NCBI GenBank assembly: GCA_044376575.1
Contig: JBILKR010000011.1
Span: forward strand, 4,701-68,700
Origin: Flavobacteriales bacterium
GTDB lineage: Bacteria; Bacteroidota; Bacteroidia; CAIKAF01
DNA length: 64,000 nucleotides
Reading direction: 5' to 3'
Shown here: piece by piece, positions 17,604-27,692 of the stretch
Layout of the letters: each line of letters begins with the position of its first letter
Numbering within the stretch: the first letter of the stretch is position 1
The notes under the pieces: model-generated
The model's database searches: none
What the model was told of the DNA's origin: nothing
Seen by the model: the letters and a program-made list of their open reading frames with translations, nothing else
Made by a program: the position numbers and the translations under genes

Positions 17604-19007
17604 ATGTCGAAAAAGAAACCGTACGTTTTAGAAAAAGTTCCCATTCTTGATTTTGCAGCTGAAGGTGTATCTATAGCAAAGATAGAGGGTAAAGTATATT
17701 TTGTGAAAAAGGCTGTGCCTGGTGATGTGGCTGATATCAGAATCTATCGCGATAAAAAAGCTTATGCTGAAGCCGAAGCCATTCATATCCATTCGTATTC
17801 ATCGAAACGGCAACCTTCTTTTTGTGCCCATTTTGGGGAATGTGGTGGTTGCAAGTGGCAGCATGTGCAATATGCAGAACAACTGCAATTCAAACAACAA
17901 CAGGTGGAAGAGCAATTCAAAAGGGTGGGTAAATTTGAATTCCCTGAAATTCTTCCGATTGTGGGTTCAGAAAATACAACTTACTACCGTAATAAACTGG
18001 AATTTTCTTTTAGCCATAAACGCTGGATCACTCAGCAGGAAGTGGATACTAATGCTACCATTGATGAACGACCTGCACTGGGGTTTCATATTCCCGGACG
18101 GTTCGATAAAATTATGGACATCAATGAATGTTTTCTTCAGGCGGAACCTTCCAACCACATTCGTAATTTTATACGAGAATATGCGATAGATCATCAGCTT
18201 TCTTTTTATGATATCCGCAAGCAGGAAGGACTACTGCGTAACATGATTCTTAGAAACAATCGAAAAGGAGACTGGATGCTCATTATGGTATTTGGTTATG
18301 CCGATGTTGCTTTGTTTGAATCATTATTAAATGCCATTCAACAAAAATTTCCGGAGATTATTTCATTACAGTATGTTGTGAATACTAAATTGAATGACAG
18401 TATCAGTGACCTCCCTGTACAATTGTATACAGGTGAGCCTTACTTGCTAGAAAACCTGGGCGACTTAACCTTCAGAATTCAACCCAAATCTTTTTTTCAA
18501 ACCAATACTGCTCAGGCAGAACGCCTTTATCAACTGACCCTTGATTTTGCTTCGATTACACCCAACGATAACGTGTATGATTTATATACCGGTACCGGAA
18601 CCATCGCCTGTTACCTGGCTCGTAAAGCAAAACATGTAACGGGCATCGAATATGTGGAGGATGCCATTGTGGATGCCCATGCGAATGCAACTATGAACGG
18701 GTTGGCCAATACTTCCTTTTATGCGGGTGATATGAAGCAGTTGTTTACTCAATCACTGATTGAAAAGCATGGTGTACCGGATGTTATTGTTACCGATCCT
18801 CCACGTTCAGGCATGCATGCAGATGTGGTGGAAATGCTCAATCAGTCCGGTGCGAAACGCATCGTATATGTAAGCTGCAATCCTGCTACGCAGGCAAGGG
18901 ATATTGCATTAATGGATGCACACTATCGCGTAACAAAAGTGCAGCCGGTGGATATGTTTCCACATACGCACCACGTAGAAAACATAGTATTGCTGGAGCG
19001 TAAATAA
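17604..19007 (+). CDS. rlmD: 23S rRNA (uracil-C5)-methyltransferase RlmD/RumA
   Basis: N-terminal TRAM domain, 4Fe-4S cysteines (CAHFGECGGCKWQH), SAM motif DLYTGTGT, and the catalytic Cys in YVSCNPAT. Confidence 0.85.
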   Translation: MSKKKPYVLEKVPILDFAAEGVSIAKIEGKVYFVKKAVPGDVADIRIYRDKKAYAEAEAIHIHSYSSKRQPSFCAHFGECGGCKWQHVQYAEQLQFKQQQVEEQFKRVGKFEFPEILPIVGSENTTYYRNKLEFSFSHKRWITQQEVDTNATIDERPALGFHIPGRFDKIMDINECFLQAEPSNHIRNFIREYAIDHQLSFYDIRKQEGLLRNMILRNNRKGDWMLIMVFGYADVALFESLLNAIQQKFPEIISLQYVVNTKLNDSISDLPVQLYTGEPYLLENLGDLTFRIQPKSFFQTNTAQAERLYQLTLDFASITPNDNVYDLYTGTGTIACYLARKAKHVTGIEYVEDAIVDAHANATMNGLANTSFYAGDMKQLFTQSLIEKHGVPDVIVTDPPRSGMHADVVEMLNQSGAKRIVYVSCNPATQARDIALMDAHYRVTKVQPVDMFPHTHHVENIVLLERK

Positions 19008-19014
19008 AAACTAT

Positions 19015-20841
19015 TTACGAATGAATCATATCAATGCTTCGGTTGATAAAGGCAGCCAGTTCTTCTCCTTTCAGTAAGTTTCTGCTTAACAGGGCCAGGT
19101 CGATGGCTTGCTTGGCCATTTTCTTCTGCACTTCAGTATCCGTTTGCAATAAGATTTTTGTCATCAGCGGATGGTTACTGTTCACCACCAAGGTATAGAA
19201 GGAAGGCATATTTCCCATCATCCCTCCGTTGCCCAATGCATTCATTTCATTCATTCTTCGCATAAACTCAGATTGGGTAATGGTAACCGGCTGATCACTT
19301 TCACTCAGGTCTTCCAACTGAAAAGTAAATTTTCCTTTTTCTACCTGTTCTTCAAAAATTGGAGTGATTGTTTTTTTCTGCTCTTCATTCAGCTTTGAAA
19401 TCGTAGCAATTCCTTTATCAATTAATTTTTCAATTGAATCAGCATCAACGCGTGCAAAGCGTACATTCGGGAAACGTTGCTCCAGCTTCATTAGGTAATG
19501 ACCGGTAAGTGGAGTATCCATAATCAATACATCGTATCCTCTGTCTTTTGCCGTCTTGATGTAGGTGTGGTGCTCTTCTGCATTGTGTGTATATAACACT
19601 ACAATATTTTTGTCTTTATTGGTTTGTGCGGGCTCGATGTATTGTTGGTATTCTTCCCAGGTGAAATATTTTTCATCCGTGTTTTTAAATAAAGTAAACG
19701 AAGCGGCACGCTCAGCAAATTTATCATCCGTTACTGCACCGTACTCAATAAAGATTTTAATATCGTCCCATTTCTTTTCAAAATCTTCGCGCTGATTTTT
19801 AAATAAATCCTGCAGTTTATCCGCAACTTTTTTGGTGATATGGCTGCTAATCTTTTTTACATTGCCATCGCTCTGTAAATACGAACGCGAAACATTCAAC
19901 GGGATATCCGGAGAATCAATTACGCCGTGCATCAGCATCAGGAAGTCAGGAACGATGCCTTCAACAGAATCGGTGATAAATACCTGATTACTGTATAACT
20001 GTATTTTATTTTTTTGTAATTCCAATGTGCCTTTAACTTTCGGGAAATATAAAATACCGGTAAGGTTAAACGGGTAATCTACATTCAGATGAATGTGAAA
20101 TAAAGGTTCTTCAAAAGTAAATGGATACAGTTCTTTATAAAAGTTTTGATAATCTTCATCTTTCAGATCCACCGGTTTTTTTATCCATGCCGGTTCGGTG
20201 TTGTTGATTTTACTTTCTTTGAAATAGACCTCAACCGGCAAGAATTTTCCGTACTTGGATAAGATGTCCTGGATTCTGTTTTCTTCTAAAAATTCTTCAC
20301 TGTCATCGGCAATGTGCAGCACAATATCTGTTCCTCGGTTCTCTTTTATAATTTCTTCAAGCGTATAAGACGGACTGCCGTCGCAGGTCCATTTTACAGC
20401 GGTTGTACCTTCGCGAAACGATTGGGTTATCACTTCTACATTTTTTGAAACCATGAATGCGGAATAGAATCCCAATCCGAAATGCCCGATGATGGTATTA
20501 CCGTCGCTTACCCCTTTATAGGTGTCCAGGAACTCCCGTGCTCCGGAAAAAGCCACCTGATTCAAATATTTTTCAACCTCTTCGGCACTCATTCCAATCC
20601 CGTTATCGCGGATGGTAAGTGTTTTATTTTCCTTGTCGAGGATTACTTCTACTTTTAATTCACCCAGTTCCCCTTTATACTCACCTACGGAGGCTAAGGT
20701 TTTGAGTTTCTGGCATGCATCCACGGCATTCGATACCAACTCACGTAAAAAGATTTCATGATCAGAATAAAGAAATTTCTTAATAATGGGAAAAATGTTT
20801 TCCGTTTGAACGCTGATGTTTCCTTGCTTGATCGTACTCAT
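19015..20841 (-). CDS. htpG: Molecular chaperone HtpG (Hsp90). Start trimmed to MSTIKQ.
   Basis: HATPase_c motifs ELVSNAVDA, IRDNGIGM and GHFGLGFYSAFMV, plus Hsp90 middle and C-terminal domains. Confidence 0.9.
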   Translation of the reverse strand: MSTIKQGNISVQTENIFPIIKKFLYSDHEIFLRELVSNAVDACQKLKTLASVGEYKGELGELKVEVILDKENKTLTIRDNGIGMSAEEVEKYLNQVAFSGAREFLDTYKGVSDGNTIIGHFGLGFYSAFMVSKNVEVITQSFREGTTAVKWTCDGSPSYTLEEIIKENRGTDIVLHIADDSEEFLEENRIQDILSKYGKFLPVEVYFKESKINNTEPAWIKKPVDLKDEDYQNFYKELYPFTFEEPLFHIHLNVDYPFNLTGILYFPKVKGTLELQKNKIQLYSNQVFITDSVEGIVPDFLMLMHGVIDSPDIPLNVSRSYLQSDGNVKKISSHITKKVADKLQDLFKNQREDFEKKWDDIKIFIEYGAVTDDKFAERAASFTLFKNTDEKYFTWEEYQQYIEPAQTNKDKNIVVLYTHNAEEHHTYIKTAKDRGYDVLIMDTPLTGHYLMKLEQRFPNVRFARVDADSIEKLIDKGIATISKLNEEQKKTITPIFEEQVEKGKFTFQLEDLSESDQPVTITQSEFMRRMNEMNALGNGGMMGNMPSFYTLVVNSNHPLMTKILLQTDTEVQKKMAKQAIDLALLSRNLLKGEELAAFINRSIDMIHS

Positions 20842-20980
20842 GGTAAAATTATTTTGATGTGGTTTATCAATTGCTGTACCAATGTCGAAAGGCTGACATT
20901 TTGACAACATCCCAATAAATTATGATAAATATCATTTTATAATAGCATCACACATTATAGCTTTGATAAAAAATAAAACT

Positions 20981-21394
20981 ATGCTCATCAGAATCAACAA
21001 AAACACTAGTATTCAGGAAATACAACATGAATTCAGTACCCGTTTTCCTCACTTGAAAATTGAATTTTTTTCTGAAAAAACTACAGATGGAAAATACAAG
21101 GCCGATCATCTGATAAAAGATCACAGTATAAAAATTGGAACCATCAGGGATCATGGTCATGATGGGGTGTATGAAATTGATGGATTGATTCCTGTTGCGG
21201 AACTTGAAAAAAACTTTTTTGATATTTTTGGGGTTCATGCACAGGTCTTCAGAAAATCAGGAAATACCTGGCTTGTTACCACTACCACAGATAACTTAAC
21301 CCTGGCGGAACAGAACCACCTGGCCGTTGAAAATGCACAATCTGAATTACCCGAAAAACCGGGTGATGCCATGGATTCGCTCGACCTCGAATAA
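20981..21394 (+). CDS. Hypothetical protein (137 aa from ATG at 20981; the track ORF starts at an upstream TTG)
   Basis: Open frame with reasonable composition and no recognisable motif. Confidence 0.35.
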   Translation: MLIRINKNTSIQEIQHEFSTRFPHLKIEFFSEKTTDGKYKADHLIKDHSIKIGTIRDHGHDGVYEIDGLIPVAELEKNFFDIFGVHAQVFRKSGNTWLVTTTTDNLTLAEQNHLAVENAQSELPEKPGDAMDSLDLE

Positions 21395-21458
21395 TTAAGA
21401 AAATTTTACAGCCGAGTCCGTCTTAAATACTGTATCTTTGAATATAAGTTTTCAGATT

Positions 21459-21743
21459 ATGTTATTTAAGAACATACAGATATTCAAGACCCCGAACAAT
21501 AAAAAATTCTCTTACAAGCCCTTGTATTATCAGCCTACAGAAGATGAAGAAATTCAGCAGCAGGAAAGAATCAAGTCAGGCATTCAGCAGGAAGAGTATG
21601 TGCCGGGAAGTGCGCTCCGCAGAAAAATGGAAGAACGCTGGGGGCGCTCATCTTTTCACCAGCATTATGAAAATTCAAGAAGAAAAGTTTTTTCATTCAT
21701 TGTGGTCATCATCTTAGCCATCGCCATTTGGTGGATGCTTTAA
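21459..21743 (+). CDS. Hypothetical small protein with a C-terminal transmembrane anchor
   Basis: 94 aa from ATG at 21459. Charged N-terminus, hydrophobic C-terminus FSFIVVIILAIAIWWML. Confidence 0.3.
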   Translation: MLFKNIQIFKTPNNKKFSYKPLYYQPTEDEEIQQQERIKSGIQQEEYVPGSALRRKMEERWGRSSFHQHYENSRRKVFSFIVVIILAIAIWWML

Positions 21744-21806
21744 TAAACCGAATCTTTACGAATTAACTAAGCATAGTTTGTATTACCTTTGAGGGATTGA
21801 ACACGA

Positions 21807-23630
21807 ATGGCCGACATCATTAAAATATTACCCGATGCGATTGCGAATCAGATTGCTGCCGGTGAAGTAATTCAACGACCTGCTTCTGCAGTGAAGGAAT
21901 TGCTTGAAAACGCAGTGGACGCTGATGCTACATCGATTACACTCATTGTAAAAGAAGGGGGAAAAAGTTTTATTCAGGTATCGGATAATGGTAACGGTAT
22001 GTCTGAAACCGATGCCCGGCTTAGTTTTGAGCGACATGCGACTTCCAAAATCCGTCAGTCGGAAGATTTGTTTTCTATCCGAACCAAAGGGTTTCGTGGT
22101 GAAGCCTTAGCTTCCATTGCCGCTATAGCTAAAGTGAACCTGAAAACCCGTCGTGAGGAAGATGCCATGGGTACGCAGATTGACATTGAAGCGAGTGAAG
22201 TGATAGCACATGAGCCATGTTCTGCAAATAAAGGAACGGTATTTACCATTCGAAATTTGTTTTATAACGTACCTGCCCGCCGTAAATTTCTGAAATCAGA
22301 TTCAGTAGAAATGCGACATATTGTAGATGAATTTGAACGCATCGCACTCGCACATCCTAATATTGAATTTCAGATGATTCAGAATACTTCTGTGATGTAT
22401 CACTTGGAATCCGGAACATTCAGACAACGCATCGTTTCGTTGTATGGTAGTAATTACAATGATCGCCTTGTGCCGGTGGAAGAAAAAACAGATGTGGTGA
22501 ATATAACAGGGTTTGTGGTGAAGCCAGAATTTTCAAAAAAAACACGGGGAGAACAGTTCTTTTTTGTGAACGATCGTTTCATTAAAAACAGCTATTTACA
22601 TCATGCGGTACAAACTTCTTTTTCTGATTTGATTTCATCAGATTCTTATCCCGGTTATTTTCTGCACCTGGATGTGAATCCTTCACAAATTGATGTGAAT
22701 ATTCACCCCACCAAAACGGAAGTAAAGTTTGAAGAAGAAAGATTTATTTATGCAATTCTGCGTTCGAGTGTTCGTTTGGCATTAGGAAAATACAACATAG
22801 CCCCGACGCTGGATTTCGATAATGAACAGGCATTTGATATTCCGCTGAAAAAAAATATTGATGAAGTAAAACGACCTGAAATTCGTTTTAATCCTTCCTA
22901 TAATCCTTTTCAAGAAAGACCTGAAGGCGGTTTTGAAAAAATACATGCACCGGAAGATCTTTTGATTCGTCAGGAAACTTCTTCACATCCTCAAACTTTT
23001 CCTGATTATATTCAGGAAATAAATTTACCATCACAGGCTACTCACGGTTTAGAAGAAGAGGCCCAGACATTTCCTTTTTTTCAGTGGCTCAATAAATATA
23101 TTGTGGCGGCAAATGAACACGGATTGTTTTTGATTGATCAGCACAGGGCACATGAGCGTATTTTATTCGATCGACTGATACAATCAATGAATGAACAAAA
23201 AGTTTCATCACAAATGGAACTGTTTCCTCAATCTGTTCAATTGTCTCCATCTGATGCTGTGTTATTGCAAAGCATATTACAGGATTTATCAGATATGGGT
23301 TTTGATATTGAACCATTCGGCAGTGATACTTTTTTGATTCGGGGAGTTCCGGGTGACGCAATGGGTGTAGATCCTGTTAAACTTCTGGAATCTGTTTTAC
23401 AGCAATACAAAGACGCGCCGGCAGTAGAGCGTTCAGATAAAAAAGAAAAACTGGCAGTGATTGTGGTCAATCGTATGGCCATCAAGTCAGGAATGATTTT
23501 GAATAAAATGGAAACCGAACAACTGGTTGTTGATTTATTTAAAACAAGTATGCCGTATTCATCACCTGGCGGAAAGCCAATTATTTTTTCAATGAGTACA
23601 GAAGAGTTGGACCAGAAATTTTTGAAATAA
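21807..23630 (+). CDS. mutL: DNA mismatch repair protein MutL
   Basis: GHL ATPase motifs (ELLENAVDA, DNGNGM, GFRGEAL) and a C-terminal dimerisation domain. Confidence 0.9.
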   Translation: MADIIKILPDAIANQIAAGEVIQRPASAVKELLENAVDADATSITLIVKEGGKSFIQVSDNGNGMSETDARLSFERHATSKIRQSEDLFSIRTKGFRGEALASIAAIAKVNLKTRREEDAMGTQIDIEASEVIAHEPCSANKGTVFTIRNLFYNVPARRKFLKSDSVEMRHIVDEFERIALAHPNIEFQMIQNTSVMYHLESGTFRQRIVSLYGSNYNDRLVPVEEKTDVVNITGFVVKPEFSKKTRGEQFFFVNDRFIKNSYLHHAVQTSFSDLISSDSYPGYFLHLDVNPSQIDVNIHPTKTEVKFEEERFIYAILRSSVRLALGKYNIAPTLDFDNEQAFDIPLKKNIDEVKRPEIRFNPSYNPFQERPEGGFEKIHAPEDLLIRQETSSHPQTFPDYIQEINLPSQATHGLEEEAQTFPFFQWLNKYIVAANEHGLFLIDQHRAHERILFDRLIQSMNEQKVSSQMELFPQSVQLSPSDAVLLQSILQDLSDMGFDIEPFGSDTFLIRGVPGDAMGVDPVKLLESVLQQYKDAPAVERSDKKEKLAVIVVNRMAIKSGMILNKMETEQLVVDLFKTSMPYSSPGGKPIIFSMSTEELDQKFLK

Positions 23631-23634
23631 TCGT

Positions 23635-24309
23635 ATGAGTTATTATCGTTCAAATGGTTTTAGTGCGCTTCCGGTGGTGGTAAAAAATTTACTCATCATC
23701 AACGGACTTGTATTCCTGTTTTTATTTTCTCCGGGGTCTATCCGTGAATGGATGTACCAGCACCTGGCACTATGGATTCCCGGGCATCGTGATTTTATTC
23801 CTACACAGTATGTAACTTATCAGTTCATGCATTCCTATACCGATCCTTTTCACATTTTATTCAATATGTTTTCGCTTTGGATGTTTGGTACGATGGTGGA
23901 GAATATTTGGGGGCCCCGAAGATTCTTAACCTATTATTTGCTTTGCGGAATTGGCGCAGGTGTATTTCAGAATTTATTTCATTTTATTTCATTGTATGAA
24001 TATCTTGACATGACTACCTGGACCAACCTGGCTAATAATTATGTGCCACCCATGGTAGGTGCATCCGGATCAATCTATGGATTACTTGCAGCTTATGGCT
24101 ACCTGTTTCCAAATTCTTATGTCAATATTTATTTTTTCATACCTATCAAAGCCAAGTATTTTGTGATATTACTGATGGCCATTTCGCTGTTTTCAGGCTT
24201 ATCCAATCAGGCGGGTGATAATGTTGCACACTTTGCACATCTTGGCGGAGCCATTGTGGGTCTAATATTAATTTTTGGAAGAAGTCTTTTTATCAGAAGA
24301 AGATTTTAA
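23635..24309 (+). CDS. Rhomboid family intramembrane serine protease
   Basis: GASGSIYGL (GxSG catalytic Ser) and the AHFAHLGG catalytic His region. About 6 TM segments. Confidence 0.75.
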   Translation: MSYYRSNGFSALPVVVKNLLIINGLVFLFLFSPGSIREWMYQHLALWIPGHRDFIPTQYVTYQFMHSYTDPFHILFNMFSLWMFGTMVENIWGPRRFLTYYLLCGIGAGVFQNLFHFISLYEYLDMTTWTNLANNYVPPMVGASGSIYGLLAAYGYLFPNSYVNIYFFIPIKAKYFVILLMAISLFSGLSNQAGDNVAHFAHLGGAIVGLILIFGRSLFIRRRF

Positions 24310-24311
24310 AT

Positions 24312-25211
24312 ATGTCGATTCAACACAGACTTTCATCTTTTCGTTTTCAATCGCCAGTTATTCAGTTGTTGGTGATTAATATGATTGTATTTGTGCTGAT
24401 AAAATTGTATTCAATCGCTACATTATTGATTTTTCATTCAACTCCCGTGATGCAGTCAAAAGCATTTCAAGGTCTTGTTGATTTGCTGGCGATGCCTTAT
24501 GAATTTTCTGAATTACTCACACATTTCTATACGCCGATCACTTACATGTTTGTTCACCTGGACTTTTTACATGTATTGTTCAACATGCTTGCATTGTATT
24601 TTTTTGGAAATGTTTTTACATCAACATTGGATGAAAAAAAAGTATGGCCATTATACATTTTCGGAGGATTGGCTGGAGCACTTATCTCTTTTACAACACA
24701 ATATATTCCTGCTTTTCAGGGTTTAAGTCAGCATGGTCATTTAGTTGGAGCTTCTGCATCTATCATGTCGATATTAGTTGCAACAGCCATTATGAATCCT
24801 AATTTACCCATGCAGTTGTTTTTTGTGGGCGAAGTAAAACTTAAATACGTTGCTGTTTTTTATGTTCTGATAGATTTGGCATCGATAAGTTCTGGTAAGA
24901 ATCTGGGCGGACACACAGCGCATTTTGGTGGAATGCTGATGGGTATAGTGGCCGCATATGGATGGAAGAAAGGATTTGATATTACAGCTGGATGGGGATG
25001 GTTATCCGATAAAATAAAATCAGTATTTCTACAAAAAAAATCAAAGATGAAAGTGGTACGAGGTCGTCCTTTAAGCGATGATCAGTTCAATACAATAAGA
25101 AAAGAAAAAGAAATTACCCTCGATCAGATTTTGGATAAAATCAATAAAAAAGGTATTGATAGTTTAACCCCAAAAGAAAAAGAATTGCTGGATAAATTCA
25201 GCCGCAATTAA
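24312..25211 (+). CDS. Rhomboid family protein (second paralog) with a C-terminal soluble extension
   Basis: GASASIMSIL (GxSA variant of GxSG) and HTAHFGGML. The charged C-terminal tail may be a DUF-like domain. Confidence 0.65.
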   Translation: MSIQHRLSSFRFQSPVIQLLVINMIVFVLIKLYSIATLLIFHSTPVMQSKAFQGLVDLLAMPYEFSELLTHFYTPITYMFVHLDFLHVLFNMLALYFFGNVFTSTLDEKKVWPLYIFGGLAGALISFTTQYIPAFQGLSQHGHLVGASASIMSILVATAIMNPNLPMQLFFVGEVKLKYVAVFYVLIDLASISSGKNLGGHTAHFGGMLMGIVAAYGWKKGFDITAGWGWLSDKIKSVFLQKKSKMKVVRGRPLSDDQFNTIRKEKEITLDQILDKINKKGIDSLTPKEKELLDKFSRN

Positions 25212-25218
25212 AAATAAA

Positions 25219-26565
25219 TTATCTGTTGAAAGACAATCGCATTCCTTTATTTGATTCATCAAATTTTCCTTCGTTATATACCAAATGTCCATTTACAAAG
25301 GTATGCGTAACTACAGAATGAAATGTATTTCCTTCAAACGGACTCCATCCGCATTTGTATAAAATATTGGAGGGAGTCACGGTGTATGATTGTTTCGGAT
25401 CCACCAGTACCAGATCTGCGAAATATCCTTTTCGGATATACCCTCTTTTTTCTACCTGAAATAATTCTGCCGGATCGTGACACATTTTCTGTACAATCAT
25501 CTCCACCGAAATTTTTCCCTGATGATAAAATTCCATCATGGCATTGAGTGAATGTTGCACCAGTGGACCACCTGACGGTGCTTTGAAATAGGTTTGTGCT
25601 TTTTCTTCTTTAGTATGTGGTGCATGATCTGTGGCAATAACATCAATGCGTCCGTCGAGCACAGCTTGAAAGATGGCTTCACGGTCTTCTGCTTTTTTTA
25701 CAGCAGGGTTCCACTTAATCAATGAGCCCTTATTTTCATAATCGGCATCACTGAACCACAGGTGATGAATACAAGCCTCGGAAGTAATTCTTTTTTCACG
25801 CAGGGGAACATCGTTTCTAAATAAACTTAATTCTTTCGCCGTGCTGATATGCAGAATGTGAATACGTGTGTTATGTTTGGTTGCCAGCTCAACCGCATTG
25901 GATGATGAAGCATAGCAGGCCTCTGCATCGCGTATTACCGGATGCAAATACATTGGCACATCTTCTCCGTATTGTGCTCTGTATTGATCTGCATTTTTTT
26001 TGATGAGCTGATCGTCTTCACAATGCAACGCAATAATGGTTTTTACTTCCCTGAAAATATCATTTAAAATCGATTGATTATCTACCAGCATATTACCGGT
26101 AGATGAACCCATAAATATTTTTACGCCACATACATTTTTAGGATCCACCTTTACCAGTTCAGAAAGATTGTCGTTGGAGGTTCCCATAAAGAACGAATAG
26201 TTTGCCAGTGAACAAGCGGATGCTCTTGTATATTTTTGTTCCAATAATTCAAGGGTGGTAGCTCCCGGAACTGTATTGGGCATTTCCATGTATGAAGTAA
26301 CTCCACCTGCCACTGCAGCTTTTGCTTCGGTATAAATTTCTCCTTTATGTGTTAATCCGGGCTCTCTGAAGTGCACCTGGTCGTCAATAATTCCGGGAAT
26401 CAAAAATTTCCCTTCGCCATCGATTACTTCATAAGGTACAGTAATGGCATTAATTTCTTCTGTAGTATACAGAATGTTTTCAATCTTTCCTTCACCAATA
26501 AGCACATGGGCTTTTCCCTTTTTCATTTCATTGATCAGGATGGCATTTTTAATCAAGTAGTACAT
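25219..26565 (-). CDS. pyrC: Dihydroorotase (multifunctional-complex/allantoinase-like cyclic amidohydrolase type)
   Basis: DDQVHFREPG metal-binding motif, DHAPH, and the amidohydrolase fold length of 448 aa. Confidence 0.7.
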   Translation of the reverse strand: MYYLIKNAILINEMKKGKAHVLIGEGKIENILYTTEEINAITVPYEVIDGEGKFLIPGIIDDQVHFREPGLTHKGEIYTEAKAAVAGGVTSYMEMPNTVPGATTLELLEQKYTRASACSLANYSFFMGTSNDNLSELVKVDPKNVCGVKIFMGSSTGNMLVDNQSILNDIFREVKTIIALHCEDDQLIKKNADQYRAQYGEDVPMYLHPVIRDAEACYASSSNAVELATKHNTRIHILHISTAKELSLFRNDVPLREKRITSEACIHHLWFSDADYENKGSLIKWNPAVKKAEDREAIFQAVLDGRIDVIATDHAPHTKEEKAQTYFKAPSGGPLVQHSLNAMMEFYHQGKISVEMIVQKMCHDPAELFQVEKRGYIRKGYFADLVLVDPKQSYTVTPSNILYKCGWSPFEGNTFHSVVTHTFVNGHLVYNEGKFDESNKGMRLSFNR

Positions 26566-26576
26566 ACGTTTATTTT

Positions 26577-27326
26577 TTATTTTTTGCGATATTTTTTCAT
26601 ATCTGACAAACGCAAGCGGATCACTCCAAAGATGGCTTCCCAGATGATGTTTCCTGAAATTTTAGAAGTCCCTTCCTGACGGTCTGTAAAAATAATCGGC
26701 ACTTCTTTTAGTTGGTATCCCAGGCGATAGGCAATGTATTTCATTTCAATCTGAAATGCATATCCTTTAAAACGAATTTTATCAAAATGTATAGCTTTCA
26801 AAAACGAGGTGCGGTAACATTTAAATCCTGCAGTGGCATCATGTACCTGCATGCCTGTAATAAAGCGCACATATTTCGATGCAAAGTAGGAGAGAAGTAC
26901 CCTGCTCATCGGCCAGTTCACTACGTTTACACCTTTTACGTATCTTGAACCAATTGCTAAATCTACATTTTCTGCTTCACAGGCAGTCAGCAAACGGATT
27001 AAATCTTCCGGATTATGCGAAAAATCACAATCCATTTCAAAACAATATTCATACTGATGTTGCAGCACCCAATTGAATCCGGCTATGTATGCGGTGCCTA
27101 AGCCTTCTTTTCCTTTTCTTTCCAGAAGAAATAAGCGGTCTGAAAATTCCTGCTGTAATTTTTTAACGACAGCTCCTGTTCCGTCAGGTGATCCGTCATC
27201 TACAATCAGCACATGAAAGGGATACGACAACGTCATGACCTTGCGAATCATTTTTTCAATGTTCTCAATTTCATTGTAGGTAGGAATAATGACGATAGCG
27301 TTTGACACTACAACAGATTTATACAA
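26577..27326 (-). CDS. GT2 polyprenol-phosphate glycosyltransferase (Dpm1/Ppm1/ArnC-like)
   Basis: IIPTYNE, VDDGSPDGT, the DxD region and a GLGTAY-like motif. 249 aa, typical of Dpm1-like enzymes. Confidence 0.75.
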   Translation of the reverse strand: MYKSVVVSNAIVIIPTYNEIENIEKMIRKVMTLSYPFHVLIVDDGSPDGTGAVVKKLQQEFSDRLFLLERKGKEGLGTAYIAGFNWVLQHQYEYCFEMDCDFSHNPEDLIRLLTACEAENVDLAIGSRYVKGVNVVNWPMSRVLLSYFASKYVRFITGMQVHDATAGFKCYRTSFLKAIHFDKIRFKGYAFQIEMKYIAYRLGYQLKEVPIIFTDRQEGTSKISGNIIWEAIFGVIRLRLSDMKKYRKK

Positions 27327-27367
27327 AGATACGATTCTTGTTGAACTCTTGCTTGTTTACCTGTAAA

Positions 27368-27691
27368 TTAGAAATTGATCTCCTGTAATTCATTGATCAG
27401 TGATTGAAATTCCTGAACGGCTTTTATATTTTTTTCATCTTGGGCATGTTTCAACCCTTTGGATGCGAAGGTAAATGCAACATCTGTAATGTCTATGTTC
27501 CTGTAAATTAATGCCAGTTGATAATAGGCTGCATGATAGTTTTCCTGTAAACCAATGGTTTTTTGAAATTGGGTTAGTGCAGCCTGCAAATCATTTTCAC
27601 TTAGCGCTTCCATTCCGAGTGCATAATGTAAAAACACATCATTCGGGTCACTTTGCAGTAATTCTAACAATTGTTTTTTGCGATCACTCAT
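27368..27691 (-). CDS. Tetratricopeptide repeat protein
   Basis: TPR-like helical repeats (AAYYQLALIYRN..., FLHYALGMEA...). Only 1 bp separates it from the stop of the upstream ALDH gene. Confidence 0.5.
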   Translation of the reverse strand: MSDRKKQLLELLQSDPNDVFLHYALGMEALSENDLQAALTQFQKTIGLQENYHAAYYQLALIYRNIDITDVAFTFASKGLKHAQDEKNIKAVQEFQSLINELQEINF

Positions 27692-27692
27692 G

